Translations under genes and position numbers: made by a program | Source: Raillietiella orientalis | Taxonomy: Eukaryota | Assembly: GCA_036172245.1 (NCBI GenBank) | Contig: JAYWIR010000090.1 | Coordinates: 1 to 64,000, forward strand | Direction of reading: 5' to 3' | Length of the DNA stretch: 64,000 nucleotides | Shown: positions 39,404-53,509 of the stretch, in pieces | Layout of the letters: each line of letters starts with the position of its first letter | Numbering within the stretch: the first letter of the stretch is position 1 | The notes under the pieces: model-generated | Databases searched by the model: none | Told to the model about the DNA's origin: nothing | Seen by the model: only the letters and a program-made list of their open reading frames with translations

Positions 39404-42400
39404 ATGAAGCTGATTTGTGTATTGCAATGTAGCGTTGTTTTTGTGTATTCACAGTTAATAATCAACGTACAAAATGAGGTAAGTCTTGCATCTCTTGAAG
39501 TGTTTTCCAAGCTTATAAGACATGGATGTGCTTTGTAAGTATTGCTTAATATTGATTTCTAGCATTAATTGCCAAGCAAACGAACTCCCATCATTCGTAC
39601 GTATTATCAAAAATCGTGAGTTTGTAATGAGATTTAAGTTATAAATTATGAATTATGTGACCCACAGAAGTCGTAGCGTTATCAATGAAACCGATCTTAA
39701 CGTAAAGGGTCCAGTTTTTGCATTTTTTTTGTTTTAGAACAATGAATTGGCAGTTTATATTTGGATATCCTTCCAGATAGTGGAAATTATTCTTTTATGA
39801 TGGTGACAGATATTCTTATCGACTTTTTGCTACATGTTGCGAAAGTTAGCGATTAATCCCATGTAAGAAATACATGAATATTTATTGCACAGACCAAGTC
39901 AACTGCTTGATGGATTAATAATTAACAAAAATTGAATGGCAGCATTGTTTAGAACTGTGATCGAAGGTTGCAGGTGTATTAGGTATTTCAAAGAAGTTTT
40001 GCAATAAAGATATCCGTATCTGATAGAAAGGTTTTTCGAGAGCTGTTCTGTAAACCGTTACAGAACTAAAGCCAATGTGGCATTTGCTTGCAGTCAGTTT
40101 GCTGTAACCATGATTTATTTAAAAAGTCTATCTAAAGAACTTCTGGACCTAATTTCGTTTGGTTTCAAAGTAATAGACCCCAGTTTTCTTTACCTTATTT
40201 CCAGTAGCCATCAGCATTATTCTCCTTATTTCGAAAATTGAGAATGCTCCAAGAAATAGCCTTTTAAAATGTAAGCCTAATTCATGTAAAGATTAAGGTT
40301 TATTGTAGAAGTTATACCTTGATGTTGATTCCAGGGTTACTATTGTTGTGTTTTGCCTGAAATTATTAATAATGCTTGGAACTGTCATTGTATGAATATC
40401 AGTTTCTACAAATTTTACCTTAGTAACTGGTTGTCGAAATTTCAATGGGTTTTGATAAGTAACTCGGTTTTATTTTAAAAATCTCCTCCAAAGTTTTTTT
40501 TATTGATATTAGCAAAAAAAAGCAAAAACAAATTAGCATCTGTTTTGGTTAATCATTAAAAAATACATATGTTTGGAAGTAGATATGGCATCATATTCAT
40601 TTATTTATTGATATTCATTTATTCATTATTGTTTTATTTTCTCACTAAAAAAAAATTCTGAGAGTATGAGGTACTTATCATAGAAAACTGAATCTTTTTT
40701 AAAGAAAAGTATTTTTTAATTTTTGTTAATTGCATCTTGCTTATAATACTCTATTGTTGCAAAGTTGTAAATATTATGTGATATATAATTGTTCTAGAGA
40801 TTATGTGATTTGAATTCCACTTTTTTTAGAGTAGAGAACCTATTAAGTCAGAGTGGGGCATAAATTCCTCAACATTCATGATATTTGGTTTTGTAGGGAG
40901 GAGATGTATTACAAGAGTATTTCTTTGCTAATGTCACAGAGGATACTGTTCAGATGACAGTATTAGGGATGGATGGTATCCAGATCACTCATTCTATGGA
41001 TTTTCGAAATGTGAGTGTAGTAAACATCAATGACTTGATGGAGTCTGGTTGTTTGAATTGAAGTTTGATAGCCTTATGGCTAATTGAATTTAAATTCATA
41101 TGAACTTGAACTTATAAATTCAACATGTAAAGTTAGTTTTCATATGGCTTAAACTTGAGAAGTAAACTTATATCATGTATGTACAAACATGAAAGTACAT
41201 CACAGTCATAGTATTATATTATGATATGCATTGATGTGCCTTGCAATTTTTGTTTGGAAACTATTTACTTTGGAGAATGCTACCTTACAAAAAAGTTTCC
41301 ACAAGAAGTTCTTTAATGGAGATGTCTTTTACAGTCACATATTTGAAGACATCTGTTTAGTTTTTTTTTTTCTCTTCTGACATTTTAAGTGATAGACAAT
41401 TCCATCAAAGACAAAGGCATTTTGTCTTGAAATTATCTTTCAATTACATTAATTATGTAATAATTGAGTAAAGTGAGATGGCATTCTTCTAGATGCTTAG
41501 TCAGCTTCTTGAGTGATAGTTCTATGAAGTCCATTTGGAACTAGTGGACTCCATAGAACTTGATGTAGCTTACTTTATTATTTTTCCCTAGGATATGCAG
41601 ATTTTCCAAGCAAAAATTCCTGGAGAGGAAGAGTTGGATCAGTCAGAAGATCAGACATTTTGCTTTGTGACAAGGTTTCCACGAATGGAATTTATCTCTT
41701 CAGATGCTTTGTCAAAACTAAAACAGGTAAATTAAGAAGCAATTTTTATTATAATTATAATTCATTTAATATGGCTATCTGCACTTCAGATAGCCACATT
41801 AAATGATTTAGTTCATTATTGTTTAAGAATCTCCAAGGTAATAAATTATGTAAAGCAGCTAGCAAAATAATTGTTCTTCAGTAGATTTTTTCTTTTTTAA
41901 GTTGATAATGTTTAGATGAGGATATTTAAAAAAGTAAAAAAAAAATGTGTTCATTTCCTAGAAGAATCCAAGAGCCATTCGGTTCCCAGATGATGATTTA
42001 GGTGAAAAGCTATATTTTATGGATGTGCAGTTGTCATTACCTAAAGCATTTACACTTAGTGAACAACTTCAGGTGCTGTGCTCTGAAGCCTGGACTTATT
42101 CACAAAAGAATGATCTCCATTCATGGCTAACCCTTCTGAGTAAGTATAAAAGAATCAATCATTCACTTTTTTTTAAGGCAATGTGAATGCTAGCATCTCA
42201 GCAAATGACTATGCTGTTACTCAGAATATGAATGGTGTTCCTATTTGTAGTGTTGTTTCTAATGAAGATAATCGTTCCTGTTTATGCACGTTCAAAATTT
42301 CTATACTGTGGTATCCGTGTACATTAAAGTATTGTCAAGATGATCTTGGCCATGGAAAAACCATTAGCTATCGTTGTGGCATTAAATCTTGTAGAAAAAT

Positions 42401-42455
42401 CCGTACATTTACATTTCTGGTTGAGGAAAGGAATCAGTGTCCTTGGAGTTTCTGA
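39404..42455 (+). CDS. OAF: Out at first protein homolog (exons start 39404, 40897, about 41592, about 41962, about 42178)
   Basis: Signal-peptide-like MKLICVLQ..QLIINVQNE|GGDVLQE; GEEELDQSEDQTFCFV...SSDALSKLKQ|KNPRAIR; WYPCTLKYC...YRCGIKSCRK...CPW. Confidence 0.92.
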
Positions 42456-45400
42456 TCCCAGAAACATCTGAAAATATTTTCTTTGTGAACGTATTTTACT
42501 CTCTTTTACATTCGCAAACAAAAATACTGGCAAGAATGGAAACTATTGGAATATTGTAGATTGCTTACAGTTAAAGAATGCTACAGTATATGCTCTAGAA
42601 ACTTCTAAGGAAAGGGATATTTTAGTTTTAGATGATTGTACAGAAGTCAAAAATTAAATAATTGGAAAAGAGAATGAAATATCACTTAAGAAAATCTGAT
42701 AATGCTCCTTTCTACTTTTGCAGTAATCAAATAACAAATACCTATCCAGATTCTCTTATTCAATGAGCATGTTAAAGAACAATACAATAATCGAAAGTTC
42801 ATTTCTGTATGTTTTGAAATTATTATTTTTGCTTGTAAAACAGTTCTTAAATATATACTTTTCACATGATGCATACCTTGATGTATCAGAATTCAATGTT
42901 CTGATTTAACTATTTTAACAGCTTTCAAAGTAGTTCCAGCAAACTTGATAACTGCAAGATCCTTACAGTGGAGATCAGTCACCAGTTAGCAAATTAGTAT
43001 CAGCTCTGTATTTGTAAAGGTATTTCCAGATCCTATCTCCTGGCACTGGATAAACCAGTTTTCTTACTGAACTCAAATTGTCAGTTATCTTCAGTTCACA
43101 AAAACAGTGTTCTGATTTTTTATTCTGCAGCAGGAAAATTCTCATAAACTTTCCAACTGAGAGGTTAAGCACAAAATTTAATTCTTCACAAAGTTCAGCA
43201 TCTTCTATTCCAAGCTAATGTGTTCCTTAAACAGTCACTTTGCTACTGCTAGCTTGCTCGAAATTTGTGATGCAAAAACTGATTAGGCATTATTGGTATA
43301 GTAAGAGATGATCTTATCAGTCTCTAGTGTTGCAAAGCATAGTTCATTGTTTCAGCATGTGTTATAAGTGTGCGATTTTTCCCTAATGTTTGACTTGCTT
43401 ACACATTAATGGTTTTACACATTTGTCATGTCTTCAAGAACAATGATGCAAATCAAAGCCAAGTTGAGCAAATCTTAAGTTAACTTGCTGCGTTTACTAA
43501 AAGTGAAAGTGTGTCATGTTCTCAATACTTTTTCGTACATTACCAAATTATACCTTTGAGAAAATGTAGAAATATTCATCACTGAATGTTTGACTAGGAA
43601 AGAAAATTCATATGACATAAATCACTACACCATTCAATGGAAAGGGTTGTTCATCTGGAATGTCTTGGAGGAATTAAGTTACTGGCCTGCAATGCTACTA
43701 GTTATGATACTTTTTATGAAGTTTGCAGAGCAAACTTATCTTTTATATATATATGAACCGTATTGCCCTGATGCCTAATACCCTTTATGTTGCAGTATCT
43801 GCAGTACATGCAATGATGGGTTGCTTACGTTTTCAGTAAATGTAAGGAACAGTCGCCAGATTTGTGTGGCAAATTTCGAGTTCAATAGTGCACCAGAGAC
43901 GTATAAGCCCGTAATTTCATGTTCCTTAGCGTACGTTCAATCTCCATAAAACGGGTAGTCCTCAGGCCTCATGCTTTGTAATACGAAATACAAGACTCCG
44001 TGCTCAAGAACTGCTTATCGCTATGGGCGAGGGCAAGGATCGAAAAATGTGGGTTTCACCAAATAACTGAAGATGCCTTCATATGATCAACACATTTGTA
44101 ATGAAGCTCCACATCACAAAAGGCTGCCCTCGTGTCGTATAAGTACTTTAATGATTAACGGGATGCAGATTTGGAAAACAAATACGAAAGTACTGCAGTC
44201 AGGGAATTTGAGTCTTTTGGTGCATATTCCTGTATGTTGGTAGATACAAACACTCCCTGAAGCGAAATTTTTGTTCACTAATGTGCATCACCTGAAAGCA
44301 GTAATATTCTTAAACAATAAACTCGCAACAAAGAATCTCAACGAGTAATTTTTCGGAATTATACGCATCACTAGTTAGCTCAGAAGACAGTCGACACTTC
44401 CACACTTACCGAACCCTTCTCCAAAATTAGAAAGTGCTCAAGCAGGTCACGGATAGGAAAACAGTCCGAACTTGAGATCCTTGGGGGTCTCTTCGAAGGA
44501 CAAGGAATAGTTTCCTGTACAGTCCTACGTTGAGGGTCATTCTAGCCTTCTTCATCCTCAGCAACCTCATTATGAGGACCAAGCTACGGAGGGGTGTGCA
44601 GGTGATAGCACGGGACAATTTTATGGATCTACTTAAAAGAGAAACTGGCATCAAAAGATACAAGAAGCGTCGCTTGCGGTGTGAATTGCATCGATATGAG
44701 CTTAAAAAATATGTAGCCAAATGCTGCTAAAACTGTTCAAACTTCTTGAAATTGTAGCTTAGATTGATAATAAATTTACTCCACTGCTTTTCGGGTTGGG
44801 AAAGAATGCCGAAGCATGATTGATATTTTGTTTCGACATATTCATCCTTCTGTAGCATTTTATGGACAAATTATAGCTGTGAAGAAGAATTGGGTACGTA
44901 TTGTTTTGAAAAGTGTAAGGATAGTGTAGAACTCTAACTCTTATCATTATAACTCCCATAAGCTGCAATGTAAATCACGAATGAGTACAGAATGTTTATT
45001 TCACCACTATGCATTCAGCTACATTCTTATATAACAATCTTTTATGTCTAATGTTTTCTCTGTAACTTTGCCGGTTATACACACAATCAAGGAATGAAGA
45101 TTCCAAGGTTCATTAAGTTTATTTTGAAAATATGGATACAGATTCTCAATATTTAAAATTATGCTGCTACAGAGCATGCAGGAATCTTAAATATAATATA
45201 TATTTCGGAATTGGAATGCTAAATAATAATGTTAACATTAGCAACATATTAGTATTTGACTTTTTTATTGTAGAATTTTCAAGTGAAATTTTGGATTGGA
45301 GCATATTGAGAAATTATAATGAACATCATCATTATTGACAGACGTATAGGAATATCACTATAGAGGAAAACATTCCAAAAATTAATATTTTTTATCATTA

Positions 45401-47010
45401 TTGCAGACAATTAAATTCCAGTCTTCTTGTATCGATCCATCTTTATTGGAATAATTGAGTATTCCGATTTGCTTTTATTTGCAAATTTGAAAACATCTTT
45501 TCATTACTCTTGTTATTTATCAATTTTTCAAACAGTTACCTTATTGGCATTCAAAACTGATCATGTCAATATCGCGATTTATATTACTCAGCTGACTAAC
45601 TGATAAAGAACAGAAATTTCCAATCTCTAATTGAGCAAGGTCTGAAGCCATTTTTGGAGAAAGGATCTAAGCAAATATTTTTTTTTAAAAAGGACTTGCT
45701 CAACAGGCGAAATCTAAATACGAATCCGCATTTCTCTGTGCTGATATGGAATCAAAATCAACCCCCTTCTCCCCCTCCAAAGGATAACAGTTCGATAGAA
45801 TCGTAGTTTCAATCCATAATTTATTTTCCCTACTTTATTATTTTCATTCGAACTATGGTAGGTCGAAGTTCACATTCTCTAAAGGAGACAAAGATACTGT
45901 AAAATTTGGTAATTTGTAATGTGAAGGCTAATTTGTATGATTTCATTTTAAACAATTTGCTCATTTGAAACCTGCTTTGGAAGTTTTTCGTTAAAGAGCA
46001 AGGATGATTTTAAACATTTAACGCAAGTGAACTGAAATTGAATTAGTCGTTAACTATCTGTATGGAAGCAATCTTGTAGTTGTACTTGCTCTCTAAACTG
46101 TATTAAGTTTTAGTTTCTAATTAAGAAATTACGTTTGATTTGAATTACATTCCAGAAAATGAAATGAAAAAAAAAAAAAATTAAGTGAACTAGGTGGATG
46201 ACTCTGAAAATAAATTCTTTGAATTGCTTTGAATTTATCAGCATCACTTTGGTGACGAAAACTTTTTTTTAGCCATTTTCTTGCGGGACGTTTGCGTTGT
46301 GGAATAGTTTCCGGAAGCTATCCCTTAAAAATTTCCATATGGAAGGAGAGTTTGTAAAGCCCATTTGTTGCGTCAGGCGTCGCCGGAGTCTGATGTGATT
46401 TGTTTGTTGGAAGACCATATCTTTTGAAAAAAAAAAGTAATCAGATTTCTTTTGATAGAATTATTAGAAAGTTCCGGTTTATTAAGAATTTTATGAATTA
46501 CCATATTTATTTGAATTCCATATGTTTTTAAATCTGTAAAGTGTACTGTGCTCGTATTTGATAAGTGGCATCACACGGCATTGAATTCTTGTGATAAGTA
46601 TGTCATAATTTTCCAGTGAAATTAATCATGCTGTGATTTACTCAAACATAGAAACATTGTTTCGTTATGTTGTAGATGGTTTGATGTAGAAAGCTGTATC
46701 TTAAAACTTTTTAAAATGGCGTATCATTTTCCATGCCCAAATTCGGTTTAAAGTAAAAGTTCAGCCGCAATTCAAACTTTTTTTATTGCAGAGTTCTGCG
46801 TTGATTTCTTGGAAACAGAAAAGTTAAAAGCAACGTGGTAGCATGAGAAAACTTTAGGATTTCTGGAATCCGGAAGAAAACAGTAAGAAAAAAATCGATT
46901 TTATTTTATTTGGTTCATTATAGATAGTTGCTGCCTTTGAAGTGTATAAATAATGAGGCAGTTTAAAGGCATGTATTGATCAATTGAGGGATTTTTTTAT
47001 CCATCAAAGT

Positions 47011-49559
47011 ATGTGGAATTTTTTCAAAGACATCACATCATTAAGTAGTAATTATGAATTCATTAGTAATAGTCCAGAAAAATGTGATGTGTACATTTGG
47101 AAATGTCAAAAAGGGAGAAAAAAGGTATCAGAATGTGATTAAATATATTTATCCTGTATCCCATTAGCATTCAGAAGAAATCGTTTCAGTATTTACAATA
47201 AATCTGAAGACAGCTGGCAAAACTCAAATAGATTTGGCACGAAATGCAATTCGTAATGCCAAAATCTTGAAGCATCCTAGTGTAATTACCTTTGTGGATA
47301 GCCAGGAAGTAAGTTTCTAATGCACAACATTTGCTTCATGTCTGTATCTAGACAGACTCCACCTTACACATGATAACAGAATATGTTCAGCCTCTATCCA
47401 TTTATCTACAACAAAATGAAAAGATGAGTGCAGTTCAGAAAAATGGAAGCATTTCGTGGGGATTACATCAGGTGCTGGTCAGTTGATCTGCAACAAAGGT
47501 CCCATAGTCAACTGTGTAGATCTGTAGAAAGGTCTTAGCTTTCTCCATGATCAGGCTACTATGATCCACTTGAGATTGCAAGTGGATTCCATTTTTGTGA
47601 ATCAAGCAGGAGAATGGAAAATAGGAGGTCTGGAACATCTATGTCGCATGTCAGATGTACAAGTTTTGCCACCTACTGATGTGTATACATGCCCAGAATT
47701 GAGAAACTTTTCTACTTCAAATAAGTTGACTTGGGCTGTTGATATGTGGGGACTTGGATGTCTCCTGTGGGAACTCTTCAATGGCCAGCTGCAGACATCT
47801 TCACAGTTAGATTCTATCAGGAAGGTAATAATTAGGGATGACATATTAGGGATTAAATGCTTTAGATCCCTACATCTGTGGTTCCATTATACAAGTCATT
47901 AGTATCATCACAAGTCACTAAGCGCCCTAGTGCAAAGAAATTGTTAAGCACTCACCTTAATAATTTCTTGTGCAATGATCTTGTGAATACTCTGTTGTTT
48001 CTTGAAGAAGTACAATTGAAGGACAGTCATGAAATCAGTCGCTTCCTTTCTGCCTTGCCTCAAATGCTTGATGCCTTCCCCACAGATCTATGTTGTTACA
48101 AAGTGCTACCTCTACTTGTTAATGCATTGGATTATAGCAATGCTGGATCAGCAGTTCTCACTCCTTTGCTGCAAGTACACATTTGGGATCCCAGTGGGCT
48201 CCTATCTGTTGCAGATAGGCAAACAGCTTGATAAAGAAGAATACCAGCGTATGGTGCTTCCCTCAGTAGTGAAGTTATTTGCATCACCTGACCGTGCTAC
48301 TCGAATGAAGTTACTTCAGCAGCTAGAATTATTTATTCCCCATCTGCAGTCTTCACTAGTGAATGATAAAATCTTCCAGCAAGTGGCACAGGGTTTTCAT
48401 GATAGTAATGCAGCAATTCGAGAAGCTACTGTGAAGGTGATCTTGGTCTTGCTTTGTAATTCAAAATGATGCTCTCATAGGCAGTGCTTCCTTTGGCTCC
48501 CAAGCTTAATCATAAGAATTTGAATGTGGAACTGCTTAGACATTTGGCTCGACTACAATCTCGGGATGAACAGGTGAATTGCATGTGTGTGAATAACTGG
48601 ACATCGTTATATCCAGGGTGGCATCCGCACCAATACTACGATTTGCTTAGGAAAAATTGCTTGCCACTTGCATCCTAGCACTCGTTGTAATATTCTTATT
48701 CCTGCCTTTATACGTGCCATGAAAGATCCTTTCCCTCCAGCAAGACTTGCAGGTCTGCAAATACGTCATCATTATAATTGGTTTAACCTTTTTAATGGAT
48801 GCAGGAATATTGGCTCTTATAGTCACTCAAAATTACTATATGCTGGAGGAAGTTGCTACTCGTATCCTACCAGCCCTCTGTTGTTTGACTGTAGATATTG
48901 ATAAATCAGTCAGGGATCAGGTTTTTCGGACCATCAAGGGATTTGTTGCCAAATTAGAAAAAGTTTCTGAAGATCCTGATCTCAAGGATGTCATGGGTAG
49001 ATTGAGAGTATCTTGTTATATATATTTAGCTGTAGAAAAGGATGTCCATGCTGCTGGTGGAACTGTACTTGATGTTTCCAGCTGGGCTTCTTGGGCCCTT
49101 GGTGCTCTCACTTCAACATTTTACAAAAGTGATCGAAGCAGCAAAACTTCTCAAAAAGAACATGTGGAGAGTCCTGAACAAGGAGAAAACAAAAATGAAT
49201 CGAGAGAGGAAGAATCCGTTCAAGGGAACCTGAGTGTGAGAACTAGCAGCTTAATGCATATGCATTGTCTGTTTAGGAAGGTGTTTCCGGAGTGAATTTG
49301 GAAGACTTGGACAGCTGGGAAAATGAGGAATGGGGAAGTCTGGAAGAGCAAACAGAAGAACCTTCTTATAGCCATGCAAGTGGTGTACAAGATCCTAGGT
49401 GGGGACTTATGCAGAAAGCATCTGTCATGAATTCAAGAAAGGATCCAATTAATCAGGTCGTTTTGAATTCATTTTTTTTGTTTTGAATATGTAGTTTAGG
49501 CTGCTGATGGTTGGGATGAGTGGCCTGATGAAGAGTTGGGCAGTTCTTTGAAGAAATGA
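47011..49559 (+). CDS. SCYL1: N-terminal kinase-like protein SCYL1 (pseudokinase plus HEAT repeats), multi-exon
   Basis: MWNFFKD..., [75 protein letters not shown] and [12 protein letters not shown] at 49557-49559. Confidence 0.95.
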
Positions 49560-50099
49560 TGCATCCCTGCATATCCCTCAAAATGCTACAAAACATGCTT
49601 GACCAAAACTGTCATCAGGTAAACATTAAATACGATGTAGCGCATTTTGTAGGAAGTGTTGTCAGTTTTGATATTGCATTAATACAGCAACACATCTGCA
49701 TTACTAGCATTCACGTACATTTATCTTTATATTGAACGCAATTATGCATTTTCTTTCGTGTTTTTATGTAAAAGAATTGTTGAGAAAATATATGTGCTGA
49801 TATATCAATCAGGGCAGAATTTCCCATCCAAATTATTTTGTAGACCAGTGAAATACCTCAATTTTTTTTTCAGACTGTTAAGATTATGTACTACACACAT
49901 AGTGTATGTGTATATTCTTGAATGTATGTGTATATTCTTCAATAAGGAGAGTAAAACTTTTATTCAAACAATTTGGTTCGTTTCATTTATTGCTGAAATA
50001 ATTTATTTCCGCATTAAGAAATTGTGAATACACACATAAGTGGTATGCAAGCATCTGTGACGAGTTGCAGAACTTTATCCCTCGGTTACTCTGGGGCAC

Positions 50100-50870
50100 T
50101 TATTCATGAAGTGAACAAACATGTTGAGAACGAAGTTCCCGAAAGCAAACAAAAAGTTCAAGGGAGAGTTTCATCGACACTCAAATCGGTCATTAAAGAA
50201 GTCGGAAACGGGAGGCAGAGGAAGATCTGCTCGATCGCAGGAGTGGAGAAACTTTGCGCATAAACCAATGCTACTCCGCTGGGCGGAAACTGTGAGTGTT
50301 CCAGAAAGGCACTTGTTTCTCCCCGTCTTACGCCTGGACAGTTCCGTGCTCCACTCAGATGGCAGGATTACGTGGTGCTTCCCTTGCAGTGGTTCCTCTT
50401 GCTACGAACGTATGCAACATGCGTTCACCGTCGGTTGTGGGAGCAGCTGGTTTCGGCACTTTTGCGCAGTAATAATTTGCAAGCTGAATTTCTGCGTCGG
50501 TTCTTCTCGAGCGAGGGTCTCACTCCTGCCGCAGTGATCACGACTTTGTGCAGTGTGGCATCATCAAGGCCTCCTACTCGCAAGAGTACACCAGTGGCAA
50601 CGTGTAGCCATCTGCATAGCATTCTCTCTCATGAAGAATACTTGTAGGTGGCTCGATGTATGCAAAGAATTCATCAAGGAGATCGCTAACATCTTGCGGA
50701 GGTTGTGACGCCGGAGCAATGATTTCGATGTTCCTATCCCCCACCCACCAGCTATTTCTTTCTGTCTTTCACCCTCCAATGCTGCAGACAGTTTCTTCGG
50801 CCAACCCGCGTGTTGGGGTGCTCCGCAAGTTCAACAAGGTTTTTTTTTTGTTTTTGATTCACAAGAAACC
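50100..50870 (+). mobile_element. Solitary degenerate 3' fragment of the L1/Tx1-like family
   Basis: KICSIAGVEKL, LLRWAETVSVP...LDSSV, LWEQLVSALL...FLRRFFSSEG and KEIANILRRL are collinear with the element C ORF2 C-terminus; several frameshifts. Confidence 0.8.
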
Positions 50871-53509
50871 TACTTCCTTGACCAAATGTAGTTTCATTTA
50901 TATAAGTAAAATACTTGGTGCAACCTGCTGAAAAGCTTTTTGAAGGCAGTCCAACCATATTCACCAACGCCCGACAGAATGCCAAGGTACATATGTCCAG
51001 GCGGATCTATTCGAACTTCCTCTGCAAAGTCGAGAGTTGCTGAAATTCAAGATACTGCGAGTGCTTATTTTTCGGCAACCTATTTTTCCAAGCTAAAGAC
51101 ATGACAGTAAGATGTATAACAGATTCCAAAACGACTTGATTTCGTAGATTCTGTCGGAATCGGAATGTCCACAAGGGTGTGCAGTTGAAAAAAGCGAATG
51201 GGATTTTCATTATTTTATCGTGGATATTGGTTACGCTGAAGCTTCAAAGTGGATCGCATTGATAAAATTCGGTTCTGATTGTGAATGCAAAGCTTCAATC
51301 AGGTAGAAACTTTTACAACACGGAGTTGTGATGTCGATGTTTCATAGACCGATAAATCAATTTAATGAACCATTTACACTTCTGATGTTCTGTTGGATCA
51401 TGGCACATTCCCGAAAGTGCTATCCAGCATTCATAAATTGATTCAATAAACTTTGTGACACTCATCATAGCGAGATAGTACAAGTTTAATTCGGGAAGTA
51501 GTATTTTCACACCTTTAACCTCTGATGCCAGTTCGTAAAATTCAAAACAGTGCTTTGGAGGCTCGTGTAAATTTTCTTAACAGAGCAGGCTTTCAAACTA
51601 TATACCACAAAAACATCAAGTCAAATGCGAATTATTCGATTTAAAAGTGTTTTTATTAAGAAACTTCAAGTTGGAATTCCAAGATGATCTCAATTTCAAG
51701 TCTGTAAAGAGAAATTTTCTTTCAGACCCAATTTGAAGGTTCCTCGTGAAAGCACGCACGCAAATGCAATTAGTGAGAATTGAGCGTTCCTGACTCACTC
51801 GCGTATGCATGCTTCGATAAAGGAGTAATCATATCTTTCTGTCTTAATTCGCTTTCACTTTCATCTGTTTTGGGCAAAGCTAGACACTAAGAAAGACAAT
51901 TCGTAATACTAATTAAAGTATGACATTGCATCATAAAATGTGAGGAAATAAAAAGTAATTTTATGAAGAATGACAGAACGCCATTGCAAGATGATTTCAG
52001 TTTTTTTGCCTGTGCATTCAAACATTCAATGGTTGAGAACGCTATTTGAGTGCCTCTATATGATTGCTGCAAGCGGTTGCAACTAGTTGGTTTGGAAACT
52101 TTCGATTTCTTAGGTTCATGCATAAGATTCAACATGATTTATAAACAAAACGATGATCCCTGTTTGAAAGAATTCGATTTCATTTTTTGGATCAAAGCTC
52201 AACTGACCAACAGAAAACATGGATACATTCAGCGTACACTTCGACGAAAGAAAACCAATTTTATTCAAAATACGAGAATGCATTCCCAAAATCATTTCCC
52301 TTTTTTTTCTGCGAATAGAAATACAAAACGTCAGAGAACGTTATTTGAGTGCAACTTCCACCTTGGTCATCTGATGTAGGAACACCTAGTGAAGAAGAAC
52401 AACGATATGCTACAATGCTACAAATACAATACATGCAACATAAAGTGCGAGGAAGAAAAGGTAATTTCATTGTGGATGAAAGATGGCCCTTGTAAAAAGA
52501 TTTCACTTTCAAAATTGTAAACAAAACCTATTTTTTTAAATCTCCACATGATGCCTTCTGTCTCAAGACTGTATGATCGCGAATCGGAATAATAAGATCT
52601 AGGTGCTAATTATCTGTGAATGCATGCTTATTGGTGTTCCGCTATCAAGCAAATACGGTTACCATTGATCGTCATGCGGTTTTGAAAGCTCTGTGACAAG
52701 CCGAAGTCAACGAAAAAGAATAGGCCACACAAGGGGAAACAAGAAGTCTGAAACGCAAGAACCGAAAAAAATACAATTGGTCTATGAAAGAAAGGGAACA
52801 ATTGAAGGAGATCTTAGTATCGGATCTTTCAAGGAAAACTTCTAGTTTTTGGGACCTATTTGCGCCTTTCTCCATCAAGCATCCTGGATACGGGAAGAGA
52901 TAAAAAGAATTGTGTTGGTCAAACGTTCGAATTTTTGTCCTATAGAAAGTAATGGGACAAAAAATGAATAATTTCCACTAATCGCAATGAACCTTGCTCT
53001 GCGTTGGAAAGAACTGAAGACCAAGAAAAAGAACACACGATTCCACTGGACGTATCGCATGTCCAAGCAAGCGCGTGAAAAAAAAAAGTGAGGGCATCAC
53101 GAACAAAAAAAGGCAATTCTAAGATTATCTCAGCTGGAAGTCATCGAGAAAAGACCTACACTATTGTGAAACCCGATTTATAGGCTTCCCTTTCATGACC
53201 TCATGCCTTGAAAAGAAACTAAATGGAATTGTCTGTTTCGGAGGTTTGTGTGCCGTGGTAGATAACTCGACAAAACAACGCTGATATACGGTGAGAGCAT
53301 CTCGCCAGGATAGCATTTCCAAAAAGAACAGAATTAATGAAAGCAACATACAATAATATTTTACTTGTGACATACTCTAAACAAACTCAAAGTAAAAACA
53401 AAAATTTCATGCTGAATGAAATAAACAAGTATCAAAGCAGTGAAAAAATCCTTCCTGAAAAAACAAACATTCAAGGAATCAAAAATCAGTGGACATATAG
53501 GTGGACATG

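Noticed and set aside
43800..44750. Slightly GC-richer stretch with short ORFs on both strands
   Set aside because: No recognisable protein motif or terminal repeat; possibly an old repeat but unassignable.
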